Assembly (NCBI GenBank): GCA_018623135.1
Contig: JAAZVW010000004.1
Coordinates: 746-64,745 of the forward strand
Source: Pseudomonadota bacterium
GTDB taxonomy: Bacteria > Pseudomonadota > Alphaproteobacteria > UBA1280 > JAAZVW01
Direction of reading: 5' to 3'
DNA: 64,000 bases
Below the pieces are notes generated by a model. That model did not search any database, was not told where the DNA came from, and worked only from the letters and a program-made list of their open reading frames with translations. Shown here piece after piece: positions 50,823 to 59,689 of this stretch. The translations under genes and the position numbers were made by a program. Numbering within the stretch: the first letter of the stretch is position 1; the number at the start of each line of letters is the position of its first letter.

Positions 50823-52814
50823 ATGCATCCTGCTTATCGTGCTGATATTGATGGTTTACGCGCTTTTGCTGTTCTATCGGTTTTGATTTATCACTTGAAC
50901 AATAGTTGGTTATTGGGTGGTTTTGTAGGTGTAGATATCTTTTTTGTGATATCGGGTTATTTGATTACGACTATTATTTACAAAGAGGTTCAGTCGAGCT
51001 CTTTTTCTTTTGCTAATTTTTATGCCCGTCGTGTGCGCAGAATTTTCCCCGCCTTGTTTGCCATGCTTATAGTGGCTGCAGCTATTGCTATTATTGTGTT
51101 GCCGAGGGAAGAGTATTTATCCTTTTTTAAAGATTTAAAATTTGCTAGTGCGCAAATTAGTAATTTTAGATTTGCACGTGATATTGAGTATATGGAAGTA
51201 GGGGCAGAAGCATCGCCTTTATTGCATACTTGGTCTTTAGCCGTTGAAGAGCAATTTTACTTAGTATGGCCGCTTTTAATTGTGGGTGTTCTTAGCTTTG
51301 CTAAGCCTAAAGTATTAAAGATTTTTATGGTGGCGGTAGCTGTTATAAGTTTGATTCTTTGTGAATACTTTTTAACACATAATAACTTTAAACAAGCTTT
51401 TTACATGTTTTACAGCCGTGCTTATGAACTTATTATTGGTGCGATTATTGCCTTAGGTATGTTGCCGAAACTTAAAAACAAAACACAGGCGCATGCTGTT
51501 TCTACGTTAGGCTTTGTGTTGCTTGTAGGTTCTGTTTTATGCGTAAGGGGTGATAACTTCCCTGGGGTTATGTCGGTGTTTCCTGCTTTAGGGGCAGCAT
51601 TTATTATTTATGCAGGTAGAGAAGGTTGGTTTAACAAGCTACTCTCATTAAAAGCTGTGGTTTGGGTGGGGCTTATTTCTTACTCATTATACTTATGGCA
51701 TTGGCCGCTTATTGCTTTTACTACAAATGTAACAGGTGAAAGTTTAACCAATGTGCAAGCGGCGATTATTGCAGCTTTAAGTTTTGTATTTGCCTATCTT
51801 TCTTGGCGTTATGTTGAAAAACCATTTAGAAAGCCTTTATCTACTGGTACTAAAGGATTTTGGTTGCCACCACGTAAAACATTGTTAAAAGGCTTTTTTG
51901 CGATTGTTTTAATGGTGGTTGCTGGAAACTACGTAAAAACCCATTCAAATGTATTTGGTCGTAGTTTCCAAGATGAAAGGTTGATTAAAGCTTTTGCAAA
52001 ACCAAGCTTTAACTACATGAATTGTATTAAAGAGAATAAACCACACGAAGATAGAGATGACTTAGCGAAAGTACTGGCTTGTATTTTTACACCTGAAGTG
52101 CCTGAGGTTTTATTGGTGGGGGATTCTCATTCGCAGGCGATTGACCCACTTATTAAGGCGTGGGCAGAACAGCAGGGCTTGAGTTATCGTGGCATTGGTG
52201 TTTCTGGCAACCCAATGTATTTTGCAAAGTATGAAACAACAGAGCCTGAAGAAGTAGATGCGGAGTGGATTCGTACATCTGAAAAACTGATGAAAGAACT
52301 TCAAGGTTATATAGAGCAAGGTGGTATTAAGTATTTGTTTATTGCAAACAGGTATGATTATGCACTTATGCACAGGCTTTTTAGAGTTGAAGGTATGGAA
52401 GATGCCCCGCTTGAAAATATTTTACAGCATCTTTTGAAAGAAAATATTAAGGTTGCTGGTGGTTTTGATAAGACGCAAGTGATTATGCTTGGGCAAGCAC
52501 CTGTTTTAGAAGAAGGCCCATCGGTATGCTTGCAACGTATTGATAAGATACCTTTGTACCGCTGGTTTGGTAGTGAAACAGAATGCCCAGCTATTGTTGA
52601 GCATATGCAAGCAGATGAAATACAGGCTGTATCGGCTTTTATGAAAAAGCAAATGGCGTTAACAACCAATGTGCATTTGTTTGATTTGTACCCATTGTTC
52701 CCGAAAGTGTTTAATGATGAGGGATTGGTACTCTACCGAGATGATGACCATTTAAGTGTATATGGGGCATTAGAGGTGTTACCAGAGCTTACAGAATTTA
52801 TGAAAGATAAATAA
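50823..52814 (+). CDS. acyltransferase family 3 (OafA/YrhL-like) with C-terminal SGNH domain
   Basis: N-terminal YRADIDGLRAFAV..VI.H, about 10 TM helices and a C-terminal GDSH motif. Confidence 0.85.
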   Translation: MHPAYRADIDGLRAFAVLSVLIYHLNNSWLLGGFVGVDIFFVISGYLITTIIYKEVQSSSFSFANFYARRVRRIFPALFAMLIVAAAIAIIVLPREEYLSFFKDLKFASAQISNFRFARDIEYMEVGAEASPLLHTWSLAVEEQFYLVWPLLIVGVLSFAKPKVLKIFMVAVAVISLILCEYFLTHNNFKQAFYMFYSRAYELIIGAIIALGMLPKLKNKTQAHAVSTLGFVLLVGSVLCVRGDNFPGVMSVFPALGAAFIIYAGREGWFNKLLSLKAVVWVGLISYSLYLWHWPLIAFTTNVTGESLTNVQAAIIAALSFVFAYLSWRYVEKPFRKPLSTGTKGFWLPPRKTLLKGFFAIVLMVVAGNYVKTHSNVFGRSFQDERLIKAFAKPSFNYMNCIKENKPHEDRDDLAKVLACIFTPEVPEVLLVGDSHSQAIDPLIKAWAEQQGLSYRGIGVSGNPMYFAKYETTEPEEVDAEWIRTSEKLMKELQGYIEQGGIKYLFIANRYDYALMHRLFRVEGMEDAPLENILQHLLKENIKVAGGFDKTQVIMLGQAPVLEEGPSVCLQRIDKIPLYRWFGSETECPAIVEHMQADEIQAVSAFMKKQMALTTNVHLFDLYPLFPKVFNDEGLVLYRDDDHLSVYGALEVLPELTEFMKDK

Positions 52815-52847
52815 AAAAATCCCTGCTTTTAAAGCAGGGATTTTTTT
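52813..52847. terminator. bidirectional Rho-independent terminator
   Basis: A7 - atccctgc/gcagggat - T7, between convergent genes. Confidence 0.85.
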
Positions 52848-52856
52848 AGGCGGTTA

Positions 52857-53453
52857 TTACAGGCTACGTGGACCTCTGTAATAAAAGTTTGTGTTGAGGT
52901 AACGTACGGCACCTGTAAGAGGGTTACTGTCATCTATGGTTTCATCTAGGCGTTTGCTTAAAGATTCTGGCGTGTTGTCAAAATGAATCCAGTAATAACA
53001 GTTGCGACCTGTACAACCATCGTCGATAGGGTTGGCGGCTGCGCCATTACCACTTGCCATTCTATGAATGCGTAAAATGCCAAAATTAACAGATTCCACC
53101 TCATCTGATGCATTGAGTTTAACTTTAGAAATATATGGACCAACCCAATTGTTAGGGCGTGGGTCTAAAATACTATCGTCCATAAGGGCGCGGGCAATAT
53201 TAATGGGTATTTCTGCGGCTTGATCTTTTGCTGTTGCTTCAATAAAGAAAAGAATGCTGTTGCCCCAGCTTTCTTGCGCATTAGAAAGAATTGTTGAGAT
53301 GTTTTCTGACTGTTGTTCAAGCACAGCAGCACGAGAGCTTACACTACTTTGAAGCAAAGATACGCCTGAAACGACAGATAATGAGCCGACAATGGCTAAG
53401 GCGATACGGGCATCTAAACCAAAAAGGGCACCACGTTGTTTAAATAAATTCAT
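52857..53453 (-). CDS. pilin/pseudopilin-like protein, paralog 1 of 3 (non-canonical leader)
   Basis: 198 aa with leader MNLFKQRGALFGLDAR plus a hydrophobic helix, WVGPYI and a Cys pair C-x4-C-YYW. An aaggaaa SD is present. Confidence 0.6.
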   Translation of the reverse strand: MNLFKQRGALFGLDARIALAIVGSLSVVSGVSLLQSSVSSRAAVLEQQSENISTILSNAQESWGNSILFFIEATAKDQAAEIPINIARALMDDSILDPRPNNWVGPYISKVKLNASDEVESVNFGILRIHRMASGNGAAANPIDDGCTGRNCYYWIHFDNTPESLSKRLDETIDDSNPLTGAVRYLNTNFYYRGPRSL

Positions 53454-53471
53454 GTATCTTTCCTTAAAATA

Positions 53472-54068
53472 TTAACGTTTGATTGCAGAGGTAAGGCGCA
53501 CAGAAAGTATTGTTGGCCCTGTGCCAGACCATTGAATAACACCAGAGGATTTGGCGGTTGTTTCGGTGCCGTCTACCTGTTCGTTATATTTTTCTGTAAT
53601 GGCAAGGGGAACATCTGTGATTGTAAGCCAATAAAAGCATGGGTTTCTGTTTGTTGTTACGCAATTTGTTGCGCCATCATGTTCTTTAAATATAAGACCA
53701 ATATCACCAAAAAAACGGTGTTGTGCTTTGCCTGAATCTATGTTGTGAGGCTCTATATAAGGGCCAAGCCATTTTTTTTGGCGTGGTGTATCTAGGTAAG
53801 TATTGTCTAGCTCAAAAAGAGCGATGAAATTTTTACTGGCACTGCTGCTTGTTATGCTATGGATATTGTTGCCTAAATCATGCTGGATTGATTCAACCGC
53901 GTTGCGGTAGGTGTTAATATCTTTTGATAAGCCTGTTACTTTCGAGCTACTTAAAATACCGCCAACAGAAGCGCCTGCAACAACGGTGAGGCCGCTAAAA
54001 ATGGCGAGCATGAGTCGGGCATCTATACCAAAAAGGGCGCCGCGTTGTTGGTTAAGTAAAACTTGCAT
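53472..54068 (-). CDS. pilin/pseudopilin-like protein, paralog 2 of 3
   Basis: 198 aa with QQRGALFGIDAR plus a helix, WLGPYI and C-x7-C-FYW. The SD lies inside the end of paralog 3. Confidence 0.6.
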   Translation of the reverse strand: MQVLLNQQRGALFGIDARLMLAIFSGLTVVAGASVGGILSSSKVTGLSKDINTYRNAVESIQHDLGNNIHSITSSSASKNFIALFELDNTYLDTPRQKKWLGPYIEPHNIDSGKAQHRFFGDIGLIFKEHDGATNCVTTNRNPCFYWLTITDVPLAITEKYNEQVDGTETTAKSSGVIQWSGTGPTILSVRLTSAIKR

Positions 54069-54070
54069 GG

Positions 54071-54667
54071 TTAACCTCTTCTTTTTAGAGTTTTGTAATA
54101 AATAGTGCCTGTGCCTGTGTTGTAATGAAAGACGCCAGAAGATTCAGGAGTTGCTTCGTTAATAGCGCCATTGCGTTCATCTATAATTTTATTAACTTCG
54201 GGCATGTAGTCGACATCTACACCTGTAAGCTGAAGCCAAATAAAACAAGGATCTGTAAAGTCACAATCGCTTGTGTGGTCAGCCTTTTTTTCGATAAGGG
54301 AAAATGTGCCAAAGTCTTTATGTTGGTCAGATTCCATATTGAGGTAAGGGCCGAGCCATCTGCTTTGGAATCTTGACAAGACATAGTTATCTGAACCACT
54401 TGCAGGGAAGAGTAGGGCGTTGAATTCTTCTCCATCCTCTGTTGCTTGGAAAATCCATACGCGTAAATCTGTTTGCAGCTGAGCAATGGCGCCTTCCACG
54501 CTTCTGAGGTCTTTTGCTAAAGCTGCATAGCGTGCAGGGCCAATTTTTTGTACCAAGCTATAGCCACCTACAACAGAAAGGCCTGATAAAATGGCAAGGG
54601 TGATGCGGGCATCTAACCCAAACATGGCGCCACGTTGGCTGTTAAACAACTTTTTTATAAGCATCAT
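54071..54667 (-). CDS. pilin/pseudopilin-like protein, paralog 3 of 3
   Basis: 198 aa with SQRGAMFGLDAR plus a helix, WLGPYL and C-x5-C-FIW. It is separated from paralog 2 by 2 nt. Confidence 0.6.
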   Translation of the reverse strand: MMLIKKLFNSQRGAMFGLDARITLAILSGLSVVGGYSLVQKIGPARYAALAKDLRSVEGAIAQLQTDLRVWIFQATEDGEEFNALLFPASGSDNYVLSRFQSRWLGPYLNMESDQHKDFGTFSLIEKKADHTSDCDFTDPCFIWLQLTGVDVDYMPEVNKIIDERNGAINEATPESSGVFHYNTGTGTIYYKTLKRRG

Positions 54668-54700
54668 TAATTCTGCTCCGATATAACTACTCTTTAATAA

Positions 54701-54729
54701 AATATAAGGCGTTTAAACGCTTTTTACAA
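54701..54729 (-). promoter_or_regulatory. possible sigma70-like promoter of the pilin-like operon
   Basis: The minus strand reads TTGTAA-N17-TATATT. The spacer contains the perfect palindrome agcgtttaaacgct. Confidence 0.35.
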
Positions 54730-54747
54730 AGTTTGGCGAGGGGAAGA

Positions 54748-55173
54748 TTAAAAATCTAAACCGCTTGTTGCGCTATCTACAAGTTGTTCAAATACTGTAG
54801 GTTTATGGCCTTTAACTTCTGTAATTTGTTCTGAAGGTTTAATATTTACGCCTTCGTCTTCTGTTTTGCGACTGATATTTGTAAGGAGGTTTTCTTTTGA
54901 AAATTCTAGAACCACAAGCTGCCTTTTATCGAGTACGTTTTGATCTAGTGGTTTGTTGTATCTTGTTGTTGAAAGGTACATCCAGCTATTGCTATCAAAA
55001 GAGCTTTGGAACGATGGAGAGCCAAGCAGTTGAAGCACGTCTTGCTTAGAATGTTGACCTACTTTTAGCTTTGTGAGGCTTTCTTCTTTAAGCATGTAGC
55101 CTTGATCGTAATAATTTTTACTGCAAGCACTTAAAGAAAGTACGGCAAGAGAAAGAGCGATAAGCGATTTCAT
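54748..55173 (-). CDS. bamE: outer membrane assembly lipoprotein BamE (SmpA/OmlA)
   Basis: Lipobox LSAC and the GY..E..L..LKVGQHSKQDVLQLLGSPS motif. Confidence 0.75.
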   Translation of the reverse strand: MKSLIALSLAVLSLSACSKNYYDQGYMLKEESLTKLKVGQHSKQDVLQLLGSPSFQSSFDSNSWMYLSTTRYNKPLDQNVLDKRQLVVLEFSKENLLTNISRKTEDEGVNIKPSEQITEVKGHKPTVFEQLVDSATSGLDF

Positions 55174-55269
55174 GATAACTAGCTATCCTTAAATAATTTC
55201 TTTTATTTTAATTAGATCGTTTTTATTTTATGATGCCTTTAAGTATACGCAAAAAATAACAAATAATCC

Positions 55270-55797
55270 ATGGTTACTTATAAGGAAAAGACAGTGTTTT
55301 TAGATTTTTTATTTAAGAAGGCAAAAATAGAAAGTGCTTACATTGCACCAATGTGGCAATGGGTGCTTACTCAGGCACAAGAATTAACGCCTTTACGTTT
55401 TGAAAAAGAAAGCCAAACGAAAGAGGATCGTATTGAAAAATTTGAGCCTATTGCTTTTGTAATGAGCTATGTTTTTTGGGTTTTGCGTAAAGAACCAGAG
55501 CTTAATGCTGATGCGCAAAGCTTATATGATTACATGTTTGACCAGTTTGAAATTGCCATGAGAGAGCAGGGTGTAAGTGATGTAAGAGTGGGTAAAGAAG
55601 TACGTAAGTTTTCTTCTGCTTTTGATGGTAGACGCGCAAGTTATGCAGAAGCTTTTGAAGAAAAAAGCTTGAAAAATTTACAGAAATCCTTATTACATAA
55701 CGAATCTTGGTCGAACGAAGAACTTGAAAAGCTTTGTAAATGGTATGAAAAAGGCCAAGAAGAAACGATAATAGCGATAGCAAAAGAAAACAAATGA
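55270..55797 (+). CDS. ubiquinol-cytochrome c chaperone family protein
   Basis: MFDQFEIAMREQGVSDVRVGKEVRKF...GRRASY matches the recalled family core. The position upstream of yceD-rpmF is typical of alphaproteobacteria. Confidence 0.6.
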   Translation: MVTYKEKTVFLDFLFKKAKIESAYIAPMWQWVLTQAQELTPLRFEKESQTKEDRIEKFEPIAFVMSYVFWVLRKEPELNADAQSLYDYMFDQFEIAMREQGVSDVRVGKEVRKFSSAFDGRRASYAEAFEEKSLKNLQKSLLHNESWSNEELEKLCKWYEKGQEETIIAIAKENK

Positions 55798-56306
55798 CAA
55801 CAAAAGCAATTCTGATTGAAAAAGACCCTTACGACGTTGCCTTAAGTTTGCAAAATGTAACTTTAGGTAAGTACCGTGTGTTAGGGCAAGTAGCAGAAAA
55901 ACATTTTACAGCGTTAACAACGCTTTTAAACTTGCCGAATAAAGGGTATTGCCGTGTAGATTTTACGGTAGATATTAATATGCCTATTGTGCAAGTAAAA
56001 GGCACATTAGAATATAGTTTGGAACGTGAATGTGGTTTAAGCCTTAAGCCTTTTATGGAGACAAAGAAGATTTCTGTACAAGATACTTTTGATTTGGAAG
56101 ATGAAGAAGATGTTAAGGAATTAGACTATTTTACAGAAAAGACATTTGTGTTTGGTCCTTTTGTGCAAGAACAACTTGTTATGGGCTTAACGCCGTTTCC
56201 TTTTAAAGACCAGAAAAAACAAGAGGTTTTGATCTCTGATGGGCTTGAAGAGGAAATAAAATCAGAAAAAAATCCATTTTCTGTACTGAAACAGTTGAAA
56301 TCTTAA
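55794..56306 (+). CDS. yceD: YceD/DUF177 family protein
   Basis: Size, acidic character and conserved position directly upstream of rpmF. Confidence 0.65.
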   Translation: MTTKAILIEKDPYDVALSLQNVTLGKYRVLGQVAEKHFTALTTLLNLPNKGYCRVDFTVDINMPIVQVKGTLEYSLERECGLSLKPFMETKKISVQDTFDLEDEEDVKELDYFTEKTFVFGPFVQEQLVMGLTPFPFKDQKKQEVLISDGLEEEIKSEKNPFSVLKQLKS

Positions 56307-56396
56307 TCATTTTCGTATAAAAGAGTGATCTAACATATGTAAATGAATACAGATTTTAGAATTTAACGATAATTATAAAGTAAAAGAGATAGAGCA

Positions 56397-56597
56397 ATGG
56401 CAGTACCTAAGAGTAAAGTTTCAACATCTCGTCGCGGCCAACGTCGTAGCCACGATGCGATTTCTGGCGCTCCATACACTGAGTGCCCAAACTGTGGTGA
56501 ACTTTGTCAGCCTCACCACGTGTGCCAATCTTGCGGTCACTATGCAGGCCGTGAAGTGGTTGCACCTAAAACAGCTACTGAAGAAGTAGAAGCGTAA
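56397..56597 (+). CDS. rpmF: 50S ribosomal protein L32
   Basis: [19 protein letters not shown] plus a CxxC...CxxC zinc ribbon. Confidence 0.95.
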   Translation: MAVPKSKVSTSRRGQRRSHDAISGAPYTECPNCGELCQPHHVCQSCGHYAGREVVAPKTATEEVEA

Positions 56598-56635
56598 GTT
56601 TCAATCTTCTCGCTGTTAAGGCAATAGATTTTTTT

Positions 56636-56678
56636 AGAAGGGGCATTTTAATCTTTGTTAAGTTGCCCCTTCTTTTTT
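56636..56678 (+). terminator. Rho-independent terminator after rpmF
   Basis: 10-bp stem agaaggggca/tgccccttct, 18-nt loop, T6. Confidence 0.7.
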
Positions 56679-56708
56679 GAATATTCGTTTTGATAAGGTA
56701 TTACTTAT

Positions 56709-57671
56709 ATGTACCACGCAATTATAAGCGGAACAGGATCTGCACTTGGTGCCCAGAAAGTGACAAATGAAGATTTGTCACATAAATTGGACACGTCTGA
56801 TGCTTGGATTCAGGAACGCACGGGTATTCAAAGCCGTTATTTAGCACAAGAAGGGCAGACAACTGCCTCTCTTGCCTATGATGCTGCTTGTAAGGCGCTT
56901 GAAGATGCAGCTGTTGCTGCAACGGATGTTGACCTTATTGTGGTAGCAACAGCAACACCCGATATGCATTTTCCTTCTGTGGCAACGCAGGTGCAAGGGA
57001 TGCTTGATATTAAAAAATGTACAGCCTTAGATGTAAGTGCTGCTTGTTCTGGTTTTTTATATGCTTTAGATACAGCATTTAATAAAATTCAGTTAGGTCA
57101 AGCTAAAAAAGCGCTTGTTATTGGTGCGGAAGTTCTTTCACGTATTGTAAACTGGGAAGATCGCGCGACAGCTGTATTATTTGCTGATGGTGCTGGTGCT
57201 GTTTTATTAGAAGCAACAGAAGAAACACAGGGTGTGATTGGTGTAGATATTTACAGCGATGGCAGTTTTGGTGATTTGTTGAAAACGGTAGGCGGCCCAG
57301 GGTCTTCTGGTCAGCAAGGTCTGATAGAGATGCAAGGGCGTGAAGTATTTAAACAGGCAGTATCTAAGCTTGCGGAAGTGGTTGATTTTTCATTAGAAAA
57401 ATATAACTTTAAAGCAGAAGATATTGACTTTTTGGTGCCTCATCAAGCCAATAAACGCATTATTGATGCAACGGCTAAAAAATTAAAGCTGGATGCATCT
57501 AAGGTCGTGTTAACAGTAAGTGAACACGCCAATACATCTGCGGCATCTGTGCCGTTGGCTTTAGATACAGCAAATAAAGAGGGTAAGTTCAAAAAAGGTG
57601 ACTTACTGCTTTTAGAAGCTTTCGGAGCCGGATTTACGTGGGGCAGTAGCCTTATTCGTTGGCAAAAATAA
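56709..57671 (+). CDS. fabH: 3-oxoacyl-ACP synthase III
   Basis: Active-site context SAACSGF, then HQAN and GAGFTWG. Confidence 0.95.
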   Translation: MYHAIISGTGSALGAQKVTNEDLSHKLDTSDAWIQERTGIQSRYLAQEGQTTASLAYDAACKALEDAAVAATDVDLIVVATATPDMHFPSVATQVQGMLDIKKCTALDVSAACSGFLYALDTAFNKIQLGQAKKALVIGAEVLSRIVNWEDRATAVLFADGAGAVLLEATEETQGVIGVDIYSDGSFGDLLKTVGGPGSSGQQGLIEMQGREVFKQAVSKLAEVVDFSLEKYNFKAEDIDFLVPHQANKRIIDATAKKLKLDASKVVLTVSEHANTSAASVPLALDTANKEGKFKKGDLLLLEAFGAGFTWGSSLIRWQK

Positions 57672-57737
57672 TAAAATATTTTGCTGGCAACTGGTTTAAT
57701 AATCTAATATAATTTTTTGAAAAATAAGGGAAAAAAG

Positions 57738-58028
57738 ATGGCAACTACATTGACACGTGCTGATCTTATTGAGGCTGTTTATCGCGAGGTTGGTTTATCT
57801 CGCAAGAGTTCTTCTGATCTTGTTGAACAGCTATTGGCTGAACTTTCTGACTCTCTTGTTAAAGGTGATTCAGTTAAAATTTCATCTTTTGGTAACTTTA
57901 CAGTACGCCAAAAGAACCGCCGCATTGGCCGTAACCCTAAAACAGGTGAAGAAGTGCCGATTGAACCGCGTCGCGTATTGGTATTCCGCTCATCTAATAT
58001 CTTAAAAGAGCGTATTAACGAAGGTTAA
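57738..58028 (+). CDS. ihfA: integration host factor alpha subunit
   Basis: TLTRADL...GFGNF-like [24 protein letters not shown]. The ATG at 57738 is preferred over the TTG at 57717. Confidence 0.9.
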   Translation: MATTLTRADLIEAVYREVGLSRKSSSDLVEQLLAELSDSLVKGDSVKISSFGNFTVRQKNRRIGRNPKTGEEVPIEPRRVLVFRSSNILKERINEG

Positions 58029-58035
58029 AAATAAA

Positions 58036-58572
58036 ATGGCAGAAACGTTAGATCTTTTTCCGGAAGAACTTGAAATCGCCCTTAAAGAGAAGCGAGAAAA
58101 AGAGCAAGCTAAAGAACTTGCTAAGGAAAAATCTCTCATTAATGCCCAAAAGCGCCATGCGCAAAAATCTCCAAATGCTTATAGAACAATTAGTGAGGTA
58201 GCGGCTGAACTTGATGTCGCTACTCATGTTCTGAGGTTTTGGGAATCTAAATTTTCTGAAATTAAGCCTGTGAAACGCGCAGGTGGTCGCAGGTACTTCA
58301 AGCCTGATGATATTGATCTTCTAAAAAGAATTCAGCATTTATTATATAAAGAAGGATACACTATTAAGGGTGTACAATCTTTACTTAAAAAGGTTGGTGT
58401 GAAAGAGCTTATTGCTCAGGACTTTTCAGCAGCACCTGAAAGTAAGCCTTTAACAGTTGTAGAAAATGATCCTGTAGTTGCTCAGGCTTCTGGTTCACGC
58501 ACAAAAGAAAAAGTTGTGTTAGAAGAGTTGCTGGTTGAACTCAAAGAATTAAAGGCGTTTTTAGATGACTAA
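58036..58572 (+). CDS. MerR-family transcriptional regulator (conserved ihfA neighbour)
   Basis: [22 protein letters not shown]...KRAGGRRYF...[12 protein letters not shown]. Confidence 0.8.
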   Translation: MAETLDLFPEELEIALKEKREKEQAKELAKEKSLINAQKRHAQKSPNAYRTISEVAAELDVATHVLRFWESKFSEIKPVKRAGGRRYFKPDDIDLLKRIQHLLYKEGYTIKGVQSLLKKVGVKELIAQDFSAAPESKPLTVVENDPVVAQASGSRTKEKVVLEELLVELKELKAFLDD

Positions 58573-59164
58573 ATATGTAATTTCTCTATATGGGCTTATT
58601 TTTTGTAGTTTAACGGTAGATGCTCAAGAGGCTTTAGAGTTTTTACCAGAAACAGAATCAGTACAGGACGTTACTGAACCTATGGAGGGTGAAACTTCTC
58701 CGTGGGAGGCGATTAAGGGGCTAGATTTTTTAGATGATGTTGAACCAAATTTAAATTTGGATGATGATATGGGGCAGGTGATGCCTGCGATGTTACCAAC
58801 ATTTGATATTTTAGAAGATCGTCCGTTTTTTGTAAAATTTAGAGTTTTAAATACAAAAAATGACCAAATGAAAGCTTACACACTTAATAAAGATGGTGGT
58901 GTGTATCATGATAATATTTTAATTACAGTACGTAATTGTGTGCCAGATTATAAAGAGCAAGCGCAAAATGATATTGCGTTTTTTGAGGTACAAGATGCCC
59001 AAAATACGGATGCTGTTTTCTTTAGAGGCTGGATGTTTAAAAATTATCCTTCGACCTCTGCTTTAGAGCATCCTGTTTATGAAATTTTCTTTGACTCCTG
59101 TGAATATACTGAAATACAAGAAAATGAAGATTTAACACCCGATACGGATGTTGAAACCCAATAA
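58565..59164 (+). CDS. DUF2155 domain protein (secreted)
   Basis: Signal peptide and the C-terminal motif [28 protein letters not shown], which is typical of DUF2155 (recalled). Confidence 0.65.
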   Translation: MTKYVISLYGLIFCSLTVDAQEALEFLPETESVQDVTEPMEGETSPWEAIKGLDFLDDVEPNLNLDDDMGQVMPAMLPTFDILEDRPFFVKFRVLNTKNDQMKAYTLNKDGGVYHDNILITVRNCVPDYKEQAQNDIAFFEVQDAQNTDAVFFRGWMFKNYPSTSALEHPVYEIFFDSCEYTEIQENEDLTPDTDVETQ

Positions 59165-59194
59165 AAAAAGCCCGCTTAATGAAGCGGGCTTTTT
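59163..59194. terminator. bidirectional Rho-independent terminator
   Basis: A7 - agcccgctt/aagcgggct - T5. Confidence 0.85.
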
Positions 59195-59223
59195 ATCGTT
59201 TTTTTGTTACAAGTTGGCAGAGG

Positions 59224-59589
59224 TTAAGCTGCTGTTGTAACCTTTCGCATAGCGGGGTAGATGCTCCAAAAGTCAGCGGCATAAACTTCAATACCTGCTT
59301 CATCTTTACTGAGAGATTTGGCAAGAAGAGGGATTTCTGGCGCTTCTAAGGGGCGACCAGAGAATATAATCATGTCGCCAGAAATTTCAACATTACCAGT
59401 GTGTTCAAGTAATGCAGGTGCTTGCATTTGTTGTGCCGCGTTTAGGTATTCAGCAAGTGGTAGCGCCACTTTATATGGGTTGTTTGTTTGCTTGCCACCT
59501 ATGAGGAAAGAATTGCGATCTGTTTGGTTGACAGAAGGGCAACTACAATCACAGCTACCACAAAGGGCAAATTGTTGAAGGATTTTCAT
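59224..59589 (-). CDS. Cys-cluster protein, paralog A (possible ArsD/thioredoxin-fold-like)
   Basis: 121 aa with an aggaga SD. The N-terminal cluster is C10-x2-C13-x-C15-x-C17-PSVN. The C-terminal motif is SGRPLEAPE..LAKSL..EAGIE. Confidence 0.7.
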   Translation of the reverse strand: MKILQQFALCGSCDCSCPSVNQTDRNSFLIGGKQTNNPYKVALPLAEYLNAAQQMQAPALLEHTGNVEISGDMIIFSGRPLEAPEIPLLAKSLSKDEAGIEVYAADFWSIYPAMRKVTTAA

Positions 59590-59652
59590 GGTTTAGGTCT
59601 CCTATGACTTGTTACCTTTATATGCTACTTTGATGTATAACAACATAGCAAG

Positions 59653-59683
59653 AAAAAAGCCGTGTTTCTACACGGCTTTTTTT
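59653..59683 (-). terminator. Rho-independent terminator between the two Cys-cluster genes
   Basis: agccgtg/cacggct stem flanked by A6 and T7. Confidence 0.8.
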
Positions 59684-59689
59684 GTCGCT

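Noticed and set aside
50626-54747. Possible genomic island integrated at tRNA-Gly (acyltransferase plus three pilin-like genes).
   Set aside because: I found no integrase, no transposase and no direct repeat of the tRNA 3-prime end at the far boundary. Composition looks like the surroundings by eye. This is kept only as context for the pilin-like finding.
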